Position numbers and translations under genes: made by a program. From contig PCYE01000017.1 in the NCBI GenBank assembly GCA_002762865.1, forward strand, positions 1 to 52,405: a stretch of 52,405 bases of DNA, given 5' to 3'. This DNA comes from Candidatus Woesearchaeota archaeon CG10_big_fil_rev_8_21_14_0_10_33_12 (lineage in GTDB: Archaea; Nanobdellota; Nanobdellia; Woesearchaeales; CG1-02-33-12). The notes under the pieces were generated by a model. It was not told where the DNA came from, searched no databases, and saw nothing but the letters and a program-made list of their open reading frames with translations. Within the stretch, counting starts at the first letter, position 1. Every line of letters starts with the position of its first letter. Positions 18,292 to 26,254 of the stretch are shown here, in pieces.

Positions 18292-18762
18292 ATGCTCTCC
18301 ACATTTTTGAAAAAATTGCTTTTTGTAAGGCAATTTTTCATGACAGACGGAAAAATAGAGATACTCGGAAAAAGGCAGGTGATGTTACCACAAGAGATTG
18401 TATCTGATTTAGAGAGAGTTAGCCCAAAGACAGAGTATAAATTCCTAAAAAAGATTTTTATGGAAAGCGTTAAGGATTATGCAAAAAAAATTGGGAGCGG
18501 GGAGGAAGGAATGTTCAAAAATGTGACTGATATTTTTGAAACATTTGGATTGGGCAGGATGGAAGTAGTGAATAATGATAACAAAAAGAAGACGTGTATC
18601 ATAAGGGTTTATGATTGCCCCCTTGTAAAAGAGATAGGTAAATCACAGATACTTACAGCAGCAATGTCAGGAATGTTTTCATTTTTGTTTAACAAAGATG
18701 TTGATGCAAAGCAATTAGCATCTAAGCAAGAGTTTGATTATTACGAGTTTGTTATAAAATAA
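18292..18762 (+). CDS. V4R-domain (4-vinyl reductase-like, COG1719-type) small-molecule-binding protein
   Basis: 156 aa. C-terminal pattern GLGRMEVV...CIIRVYDCPL...TAAMSGMFSFLF resembles V4R domains. The assignment is by eye only. Confidence 0.45.
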   Translation: MLSTFLKKLLFVRQFFMTDGKIEILGKRQVMLPQEIVSDLERVSPKTEYKFLKKIFMESVKDYAKKIGSGEEGMFKNVTDIFETFGLGRMEVVNNDNKKKTCIIRVYDCPLVKEIGKSQILTAAMSGMFSFLFNKDVDAKQLASKQEFDYYEFVIK

Positions 18763-18779
18763 AAAAGAGGCGAGGCAAA

Positions 18780-20159
18780 ATGGAAAAAAAGAATGTTTAT
18801 GCTGGAACAGGGATAAGCCGGGATGATGACCCATACAAGGCAGGAAAGGAAGCTGTTGAGATGGCAATAGAGAAAGCAGGCAAATCTCCTGAGTTTGGTG
18901 TTGTGTTTTGCTCTGGCGGAAAATACGGAAATAATGATAAAAGAATAAAAAAACTTGTCGAGGGAGCACATGATGCTTTTATGGCTGCAAACAAGAACTG
19001 CAAATGGATTGGCTGCACAACAGCAGGTGAAATAAGCAATTATGGGTTCTCAACAGATTCTTGTGTTGCTATGATTATTAATTCTCAATATATTCATTTT
19101 GGTGTAGGTGTTGGAAAAAACATAAACCTTAGGCCTAAGGAAGCTGGCCAGAGAGCTATTAAGGATGCTCTTAAGAATATAAAAACAGATAAATATATCG
19201 AACCATATGTAAGATACCTTGCAGAAAAAAAATTGCCTAACTCAGAATTAATCCAAATGAGGCCCTATTCAGTTATGATGTTAAACACAGGCTTCACAGC
19301 AAAAAAAAGAGGGAATGAAGACGATATTATTGAGGGAATAGTAAATATTATAGGATATAGAATTCCCATTATTGGAGGCAGTTCTGGAGATGATTTTAAC
19401 TTAAAGAAGACTTATTCTTTTCTCAATGGCTTAGTTTATGAAGATAGTGTTATCTGCACAATCATCAGCAGCAGCATAAAAATAGGCAGTTATGTTAGCC
19501 ATGGGTACCTCCCGACTGAGAAATCTGTTTTTATTAATAAAGCACAAGATTATACAGTTTATGAAATGGATAAAAAAAATGCTTTTGATCGCTATTCTGA
19601 GGTTATTGGGAAAACTAAAGAGAATATATGGCCCAAAACAATGAAACTCCAAAAACTAGGAAGTATCTCTACAGCGTTTATGTCTTTTGCAAAAAAACTT
19701 GGAATAGATGTTATGAAATTATCACCTGTGATAGGACTTAACTGCAATTCCCCTCTAGCCCTAGTCGAATATAAACCATATGTAAAGGGAAGATTCTGGA
19801 TTAAGGCAATAGATTCTGTTATTGACAATAAATATTTGAGGTTTACTGAAAAGGTCCCACAAGAAAATGTCTTATACCTCATGAAAACAAATAAGGAAAA
19901 ATCTTTGAATGCAGGACCTGAATCTGTAATAGGGAGCTTGAAACAAGTGGACAACGAGGCTTCATTTTCACTGATTTTTGACTGTGCCCTTCACAGATGG
20001 TTCATAGGAAAACATGCTGCAAAAAGTGTTGAATTAATTAAGAAGAACCTGAAAAATATTCCTTTTGTAGGGTTCTTCGGATATGGTGAAATATTAGATG
20101 GCAAGCATACTCTTAGTGTTGTTTCAATGGTTGCAGGTAAAAAATTAATAAGCGATTGA
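18780..20159 (+). CDS. FIST-domain sensor protein (FIST_N + FIST_C)
   Basis: Motifs PEFGVVFCSG, GCTTAGEIS and IIGGSSGDD, with a C-terminal GFFGYGEI, match the FIST N/C architecture. GAGGCGAGG SD upstream. Confidence 0.7.
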   Translation: MEKKNVYAGTGISRDDDPYKAGKEAVEMAIEKAGKSPEFGVVFCSGGKYGNNDKRIKKLVEGAHDAFMAANKNCKWIGCTTAGEISNYGFSTDSCVAMIINSQYIHFGVGVGKNINLRPKEAGQRAIKDALKNIKTDKYIEPYVRYLAEKKLPNSELIQMRPYSVMMLNTGFTAKKRGNEDDIIEGIVNIIGYRIPIIGGSSGDDFNLKKTYSFLNGLVYEDSVICTIISSSIKIGSYVSHGYLPTEKSVFINKAQDYTVYEMDKKNAFDRYSEVIGKTKENIWPKTMKLQKLGSISTAFMSFAKKLGIDVMKLSPVIGLNCNSPLALVEYKPYVKGRFWIKAIDSVIDNKYLRFTEKVPQENVLYLMKTNKEKSLNAGPESVIGSLKQVDNEASFSLIFDCALHRWFIGKHAAKSVELIKKNLKNIPFVGFFGYGEILDGKHTLSVVSMVAGKKLISD

Positions 20160-20223
20160 ATATCATTTTCAAAAAAGTGAAAAAAAGAGGTGAAAAACAA
20201 AGAAGGTTATGGAGGAGTAAAAA

Positions 20224-21411
20224 ATGAATAACAAAAATTTGATGGATTATGAAAGTATAGAAAAAATTTTGGGTTTTGAAGACCCCTTCAACATAGAGCC
20301 CTCAATCTCTAGAGAGTTAAGGTTTAAGTCCTTAAAAGCAAGTTTTGAGCACCATTACCTTAACAACAAGGTTTATAAGGGATTTTGTGAGTTAGCAAAT
20401 GTTTCACCAGCAGATATTAAGAATTATGAAGATTTAGTCTTAATTCCTCTTGTTCCCTCTGATTTTTTTAGGGACGTGTCAGCAACAGGCCGCCATGAAG
20501 ATTTAGTGCATATATCCAGTGTTCCTGATGAGCAAATAGCCAGGTATTTTACAACAAGCGGAACTGGAGGGCAACCAAGTATTTATCCTTATGATGGAAG
20601 AAGTCTTGGAACAATAAACAGATCGAATGCAATTATTTTTAAAAAGGTAGGTGGCCTAAAATCAGATGATTACATGTTATTTTTAACTCCCTCTACAGAT
20701 AAGGCTGATACAGGGATGGTTCAAGGGATGTACTTGACAATGAAAGGGATTTTTAAAGACACAGATTCTCAATTAGATTTTGCCATCCAAGATAATATTT
20801 TTGATACTAAGTCTATTGTTAATAAACTGACAAAAGCTAAGGGCAGAACAAGGCACCTTTACGGACCGCCATATGCTTATAACCAACTATGTGAGCAGAT
20901 GTCTAATCTCGGATTGGAAATGAGGCTTGATCCTGAAAGCAAAGCAATCACCACAGGCGGTTGGAAATCATTTAAAGACGAAGCAATCAGCCCTTCAGAA
21001 CTGAAAGAAAAAATCCAAAAGGCATTTGGCATTGCTCCGCAGGAAATTAGAGATGGCCTTGGATTAACAGATATAATGTCTATACTAGTTGAATGCCAAT
21101 ATGGAAATAAACATGTTCCACCATGGATAGAGGTTTCTATAAGAGATTTAAATGATCCTAGTTGGAAGACAGATGTTGCTATTGGAAAGGACGGTTTAAT
21201 AGCATTTTTAGACCCATTAATATCATCCTTCCCAGCATATATTGTTACTGGAGATGTAGGAAAGCTGACTATTAGTCAAGATGAAAAATGCAGCTGTGGT
21301 AGATATGGTGCAACTATTGAATATGTTCGAAGAGCAGGTGACCCAAGGGGCTGTGCTCTCAGACAGGAACAACTTATGACTGAAGTTGAATCAAAGAGAA
21401 AAACTAAGTAA
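20224..21411 (+). CDS. LuxE-like acyl-protein synthetase / adenylate-forming enzyme
   Basis: GGAGGAG SD upstream. N-terminal FEHHYLNNKVYKGFCEL...DLVLIPLVPSDFF, nucleotide-binding TTSGTGGQPS, and the length (395 aa) fit the LuxE family. A PaaK-like ligase is the alternative. Confidence 0.65.
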   Translation: MNNKNLMDYESIEKILGFEDPFNIEPSISRELRFKSLKASFEHHYLNNKVYKGFCELANVSPADIKNYEDLVLIPLVPSDFFRDVSATGRHEDLVHISSVPDEQIARYFTTSGTGGQPSIYPYDGRSLGTINRSNAIIFKKVGGLKSDDYMLFLTPSTDKADTGMVQGMYLTMKGIFKDTDSQLDFAIQDNIFDTKSIVNKLTKAKGRTRHLYGPPYAYNQLCEQMSNLGLEMRLDPESKAITTGGWKSFKDEAISPSELKEKIQKAFGIAPQEIRDGLGLTDIMSILVECQYGNKHVPPWIEVSIRDLNDPSWKTDVAIGKDGLIAFLDPLISSFPAYIVTGDVGKLTISQDEKCSCGRYGATIEYVRRAGDPRGCALRQEQLMTEVESKRKTK

Positions 21412-21452
21412 TTTTTATTTATTTGGTTATATTTCAGAGAGACAATCCAAAA

Positions 21453-22784
21453 ATGAAAAACAATACACTGGTTAATGGTTATTACATAAATAGCATTTCT
21501 GATACTGAAATAGAATTAGAAACTAAATTAGTTGAGAATTCTCTGGGAAAAGTCAAAGTTAAAATGCCAAAATTAAATTCTGAAACTCTTGAATGTGTTT
21601 TAAGCAATTTAAGGCTGTCCAAAGAGAGTTTAGCATCCAAAACAGACAAAGAACTTCTAAATCTATTTAACACAAACTTAGGATTATGGTTAGATAAGAA
21701 TTATGGGCCCAGAAAATGTGCTCAGGATATCCTGCCTATAACCCTCGGATATTCCCCGCAAATGGTTGAAACTACTCTAAATGGAATATTTAGTATATTA
21801 AAAAAGGATTTAAATGATTTGAAAAAAACATGGGACTCAAAGGAGCTTGCAGTTGTAGTATACCCTAATATCCCCGGGCCCCAAGTAATTACAGTATTAC
21901 ACTCATTGTTTAATAGAACACCTATATTTTGCAAATCCCCATATGAGGAACCTATTTTTAGTGCTTTATACGCTAAGTCATTAGAAGATGTTGACAAACA
22001 ACTAGCAAAATCAGTATCAGCAGTTCCTTGGGAAGGAGGTGATAAGGAGAACGCAAGTCTTGAAAAGATTCTTTATAGTGGGCTTGGAAAGAGGGATGCA
22101 GTGGTTGTATTTGGTTCATCTAAGACTGCTTCAAAAATTGATTCTCTAAAAAACAAGGAATCAGAATTGATTCAATATAGCAAAGGAATAGGAATTATCA
22201 TTATTGGGAAAGAGTATTTATCAAAAGAAAATATTGATACTACAGCCAATAATTGTGCATTTAATATATCTATGTACAATAGGAATGCCTGCTTCTCTCC
22301 ACAGGGAGTTTTAGCAGAAAGAGGGGGGGAATTTGCTCCGGAAGATTTTGCAAGTTTATTAAGTATTAAAATGACCCAGATTGCTCAACATATATTGCCA
22401 GTAGGTGATTTTTCTGGTGATGATTATGCAAGATTTGCCCAGACTCACAGGTCTGCAGAGCTAAAGAGGATATCTGGTTTTGTGGATTATTTTTCTGTTA
22501 CTGATGAGAACAAAAGAATTGTTGGAGGGGTAATATACCAAAAGAAAGGAAATTTTGAGTTGCCTCGAAGCGGGCAGAGAGTTGTAACTGTTACTCCATT
22601 CAAAGAAATTAGTGATGTAAAAACAATTCTTTCAGAATATATAGAAAACATACATACAATTGGGTTAGGAATGGATAATAAAAAGTATAAAAAATATGAC
22701 TTATTGTTTAAGGAATCAGGAGTAAGGGTAAGTCCCTTAAATGATATGCTTAAGATATCAATCAGGGATTATAAATTTGTTTAA
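21453..22784 (+). CDS. LuxC-like acyl-CoA (acyl-protein) reductase, ALDH-fold
   Basis: Size and position next to the LuxE-like gene. Candidate catalytic-Cys segment MYNRNACFSPQGV. I prefer ATG 21453 over the track's TTG at 21423. Confidence 0.6.
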   Translation: MKNNTLVNGYYINSISDTEIELETKLVENSLGKVKVKMPKLNSETLECVLSNLRLSKESLASKTDKELLNLFNTNLGLWLDKNYGPRKCAQDILPITLGYSPQMVETTLNGIFSILKKDLNDLKKTWDSKELAVVVYPNIPGPQVITVLHSLFNRTPIFCKSPYEEPIFSALYAKSLEDVDKQLAKSVSAVPWEGGDKENASLEKILYSGLGKRDAVVVFGSSKTASKIDSLKNKESELIQYSKGIGIIIIGKEYLSKENIDTTANNCAFNISMYNRNACFSPQGVLAERGGEFAPEDFASLLSIKMTQIAQHILPVGDFSGDDYARFAQTHRSAELKRISGFVDYFSVTDENKRIVGGVIYQKKGNFELPRSGQRVVTVTPFKEISDVKTILSEYIENIHTIGLGMDNKKYKKYDLLFKESGVRVSPLNDMLKISIRDYKFV

Positions 22785-22869
22785 AACGTACATAATAAAA
22801 TGTAAAAATATATAAAGGAGGATTTTGATTTATATATTTATTAAGAGTTCCTAAAAATAAAGATAAAAA

Positions 22870-23328
22870 ATGAAAACAAAACATATCTTTGTGCCAGTAT
22901 TAGACATTGGAGAGCTCTTGCCATTTGTTATCAAGAAAAAAGGAAAATTGCAGGAGAACATAAAGGAGCAGGAAAGAGCCAGGGCTGAGCTTGTTAAATT
23001 CATTGATGAGCTTGAGAAAAATTATAAGGAATCAATATACTATATGGGCATGGACATTATTGAATCAAAAACATATGAAAGGTTCATATTTGAAAATGGC
23101 GGGTTTTTTGAAGTAATGACTGAATCTCCCTTGGCTATGAATGCACATTTTGTGGATGAAAAAAAGGCAAAAAAGTTTTGTTTGACATTAAAAAAAACCA
23201 TTAAACTAATTCTAAAAGGAAATCCTATGTCAAAAATGTTCTTGGATTCCATAGAAGTACAAACTGAGGCAGACCAAAGCTTAACCTATGAAAAATGGGA
23301 CAGAATGAAAAGCATTAACAGCCCTTAA
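22870..23328 (+). CDS. hypothetical protein (152 aa)
   Basis: Clean ORF with an ATG start. No recognisable motifs. Confidence 0.45.
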   Translation: MKTKHIFVPVLDIGELLPFVIKKKGKLQENIKEQERARAELVKFIDELEKNYKESIYYMGMDIIESKTYERFIFENGGFFEVMTESPLAMNAHFVDEKKAKKFCLTLKKTIKLILKGNPMSKMFLDSIEVQTEADQSLTYEKWDRMKSINSP

Positions 23329-23368
23329 ATAGAAGATTTTAAATATTCTTGAGATTGTAATAACAACT

Positions 23369-23632
23369 ATGGACAAGCTAAGAGGCAAAAAATTAAACAG
23401 TGAAGTATACAAGATAATCAAGAAAAGCTGGCCAATACACCCTTCTGAGGTATGCAGAAAGCTTAATATAGAACCAAATGTGTCCAACATTTCTAAAATA
23501 AAGTATCATTTTGACATCCTAAGAAAAAACAAAAAGATAAGGACAACAAAAATAGATAGGGCCTTGGTTGGGTGGCCTGTTGAAATAGAAAGATTAAGAA
23601 TATTGCATGAATTCATAGAAGGTATGGATTAG
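23369..23632 (+). CDS. small winged-helix DNA-binding protein (87 aa)
   Basis: The pattern YKIIKKSWPIHPSEVCRKLNIEPNVSNISKIKYHFDILRKNKKI looks like a wHTH (helix-turn-helix plus basic wing). Confidence 0.45.
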   Translation: MDKLRGKKLNSEVYKIIKKSWPIHPSEVCRKLNIEPNVSNISKIKYHFDILRKNKKIRTTKIDRALVGWPVEIERLRILHEFIEGMD

Positions 23633-23752
23633 TTCTAATTTAAACTAGAGTCATAGACAGTGGCAGGTTATAATACACGAGTTAATACCAAACAGTTTCC
23701 CTTTTTCGGGTTTTTTTCCACGTGAAAAGAAGCTTAAAGGAGAAGCATGATA

Positions 23753-23836
23753 TTATAAGTAATCTTCCAGCTTGGTCGGCTGTTTGCGATGGGTATATTT
23801 TTCTTCTATTACTTCTCTAACTAAGCTAGTTATCTA
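23753..23836 (-). pseudogene. 3'-terminal remnant of a third copy of the small-protein family encoded at 24427..24735 and 24780..25079
   Basis: The first 33 nt (TTATAAGTAATCTTCCAGCTTGGTCGGCTGTTT) differ at 1 position from 24427-24459. The minus-strand translation (...ITSLVREVIEEKYTHRKQPTKLEDYL*) matches the family C-terminus and is cut by an in-frame TAG 27 codons upstream of its stop. Confidence 0.7.
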
Positions 23837-23872
23837 TATATATTTTCTCACATAAATTAGTTTTTAAGTGGT

Positions 23873-24379
23873 TTAACGAACACCCTTAATTAAGTAGTCA
23901 ATAGAGATTTTTGGAGAAAGATAAGAACTTCTTTTAAATGCTCTCTTTGAACCAAAGGATTCATAAAATCCTGCTATAAAATCAATATAGTGTTTTTCTA
24001 TATCAACATTAAAGAGATGGTTACTAGAATCCCTCATGCTGGTTTTCCCATTAAAGATTTGGTGTTTTACAATAAAATCATGGTCTACTTCCCAAAGATA
24101 TTTCTTTTTAAATTTTTCATTTAGGTATTTAACTACATCTTCAGCGGGCATTCCAAACAGATTCCTCGAAGGAATAATACCAAAAGATGAAGCATAAATA
24201 GCTCCTCCTAGAAAGGTATCTAAATCACTATCAAATCCCCCGTAAAGTTTAACATTTATTCCATTCATAATATCTCTTTTTCTTAACTCTTCTAGGATTT
24301 TAATGGCAGCATTATAACCTATTATCTCCTCTTTTATTTTTTCAGATCCATAAAATTTGTTAATAAATTCTCTTAGCAT
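23873..24379 (-). CDS. hypothetical protein (168 aa), co-oriented with the small-protein paralogs
   Basis: AAGGGGGG SD and TTTAAA spacer precede the ATG, the same context as the neighbouring paralogs. No recognisable domain. Confidence 0.5.
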   Translation of the reverse strand: MLREFINKFYGSEKIKEEIIGYNAAIKILEELRKRDIMNGINVKLYGGFDSDLDTFLGGAIYASSFGIIPSRNLFGMPAEDVVKYLNEKFKKKYLWEVDHDFIVKHQIFNGKTSMRDSSNHLFNVDIEKHYIDFIAGFYESFGSKRAFKRSSYLSPKISIDYLIKGVR

Positions 24380-24426
24380 TTTAAACCCCCCTTAATAAAC
24401 TAAATATGCATAAAATAAACATAATT

Positions 24427-24735
24427 TTATAAGTAATCTTCCAGCTTGGTTGGCTGTTTATGATCAGGAAATTTTTCTGCTATAACTTCTATTGCCAGAT
24501 TTCTTGCTAAATTTCTCATTCCCAAATTTATATATTCTTCAGCAGCTTCTCCTCCACTGACTACTGGAGAAAGAATTGAATGTATAATACCTAAGGGATT
24601 AAAAGCACCAGGGTACTTATACTCTTTAGATGGGCATATAGCAATATCATATACTTGCTCATAAGTGCATTTTTCTAGTTGAGTTCTAATTTGTTTTCCT
24701 ATTGATATCTCTCCTAAATTTGGTCCTGAACTCAT
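24427..24735 (-). CDS. small protein, paralog A (102 aa), unknown family
   Basis: Full-length similarity to ORF 24780..25079: SGPNLGEIS/SGLDLEEIL, GGEAAEEY/GEEAAEEY, AIEVIAEKFPDHKQPTKLEDYL/AIKVIAEKYPNLKQPTQLENYL. AGAGGGA SD upstream. Confidence 0.6.
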   Translation of the reverse strand: MSSGPNLGEISIGKQIRTQLEKCTYEQVYDIAICPSKEYKYPGAFNPLGIIHSILSPVVSGGEAAEEYINLGMRNLARNLAIEVIAEKFPDHKQPTKLEDYL

Positions 24736-24779
24736 TTAAGTCCCTCTTAAAGATTTATTATACATAAATTAACCCCATA

Positions 24780-25079
24780 TTATAAGTAATTTTCCAGTTG
24801 AGTTGGCTGTTTAAGATTGGGATATTTTTCTGCTATAACCTTTATTGCTAAAGTGCTCATCACCCGAGCATTATATTCTTCAGCAGCTTCTTCTCCGAAG
24901 TTCCGCAGAGAAAATATCTTCACAAAGGAATTAATAACACTTATGCCCTTTGGTTTAGGGTTAGATGTAGCAAGCTTATATAATTTCTCATAATTATATT
25001 TTCTTAACTTAGTTTTAATTTTTTTTCTTCTTAATATCTCTTCTAAATCTAATCCTGAATCACAACAAAATAATATCAT
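24780..25079 (-). CDS. small protein, paralog B (99 aa), unknown family
   Basis: See paralog A. GAGGGG SD lies 6 nt upstream of the ATG. A minus-strand TTTTATATA box lies further upstream. Confidence 0.6.
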   Translation of the reverse strand: MILFCCDSGLDLEEILRRKKIKTKLRKYNYEKLYKLATSNPKPKGISVINSFVKIFSLRNFGEEAAEEYNARVMSTLAIKVIAEKYPNLKQPTQLENYL

Positions 25080-25236
25080 TTAAACCCCTCGATGAATAAA
25101 TCAAGTTATATAAAACAAATGAAGTTTATAAAACTTTTGGTTTGTTGCTACTTATAAATAGATTAATAATTTTAGGTTATGTTCCAGATTATTCAGTTTT
25201 ACAGCAAAAGTTTTTGTTTATGATTTTAAATGAAAA

Positions 25237-25249
25237 GTTTTAAATAAAT
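25237..25249 (+). promoter_or_regulatory. TATA-like box (TTTTAAATAAATA) for pta-ackA, leaderless geometry
   Basis: Centre lies about 27 nt upstream of ATG 25270. No SD sequence. Confidence 0.35.
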
Positions 25250-25269
25250 AAAAGAAAGTCAGTCTGATT

Positions 25270-26250
25270 ATGAGGGTTTTGGATAGTATAATAAAAAAGG
25301 CCGTAAAAAATCCCAAGAAAATTGTTTTTCCAGAAGCACTAGATGAAAGGATTTTAAGGGCTTCTGAGATTATTTTAAAGCAGGGGATTGCCAAGGTTAT
25401 TCTTCTGGGCAATCCAAAAGAAATCTTAAGAAAGATTGATGCACTTAAGCTAAACCTGAAGGGTGTTGAAATTATTAATCACCTTAAATCAGAAAAATTT
25501 GATTTTTATGCAGAAAAGCTTTTTGAGCTGAGAAAAGAAAAAGGCATAAGTTTGGATGATGCCAAGAAAATGCTGAAAAATGGGCTTTATTTCGGCACAA
25601 TGATGCTGCAGACTGGTGATGCTGATGGTCTCATTGGAGGGGCATCACATTCAACCGCAGACACAATAAGGGCTGCTTTCCAGATAATAAAAACAAAAAA
25701 AAGTGTCAAAAAAGTATCCGGGGCAATGCTCATGATAAAAGATGAAAAAGTTCTGCTCTTTGCTGACTGCGCTGTTATTCCAGATCCAACTTCAGATGAG
25801 TTAGCTGAGATAGCAAGACTATCAATTGAAACCTTTGAAAATCTTTTTAATAAAAAAGCAAAGGCAGGCATGCTCTCATATTCAACAGCTGGCTCTGGAA
25901 ACGGAGAGGATGTGGAAAGGGTAAGAGAGGCTGTAAAGATTGCCAGAAAATCCGGATTAAATGTTGTTGGTGAAATCCAGGCAGACGCTGCGCTTATAGA
26001 AAATGTCTGCGAAATAAAATGCCCTGAAATTAATTGCAGGGAAAAAATCAATGTGCTTGTGTTTCCAGGCCTTAACTCAAGCAATATCTCATACAAGCTT
26101 GTTGAAAGGTTAGGAGAGGTAAGGGCAGTTGGACCAATATTGCAGGGCCTTAAAAAGCCAATGAACGATCTTTCAAGGGGATGCTCTGTTCAGGATATTG
26201 TTGACCTAACTGCAATAACAGTTGTGCAGGCCCAGAATATAAAAAAGTGA
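25270..26250 (+). CDS. pta: phosphate acetyltransferase (short PTA_PTB form)
   Basis: 326 aa. Motifs KIVFPEALDERIL, GDADGLIGGASHSTADT, VFPGLNSSNISYKL and PILQGLKKPMNDLSRG are typical of Pta. Confidence 0.9.
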   Translation: MRVLDSIIKKAVKNPKKIVFPEALDERILRASEIILKQGIAKVILLGNPKEILRKIDALKLNLKGVEIINHLKSEKFDFYAEKLFELRKEKGISLDDAKKMLKNGLYFGTMMLQTGDADGLIGGASHSTADTIRAAFQIIKTKKSVKKVSGAMLMIKDEKVLLFADCAVIPDPTSDELAEIARLSIETFENLFNKKAKAGMLSYSTAGSGNGEDVERVREAVKIARKSGLNVVGEIQADAALIENVCEIKCPEINCREKINVLVFPGLNSSNISYKLVERLGEVRAVGPILQGLKKPMNDLSRGCSVQDIVDLTAITVVQAQNIKK

Positions 26251-26254
26251 TAGA

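Noticed and set aside
22810-22840. Strong AAGGAGGA site at about 22816-22823 with no proper ORF behind it
   Set aside because: Only a roughly 9-codon TTG-initiated ORF follows. This is probably a chance SD-like sequence in the spacer upstream of 22870, not a gene.
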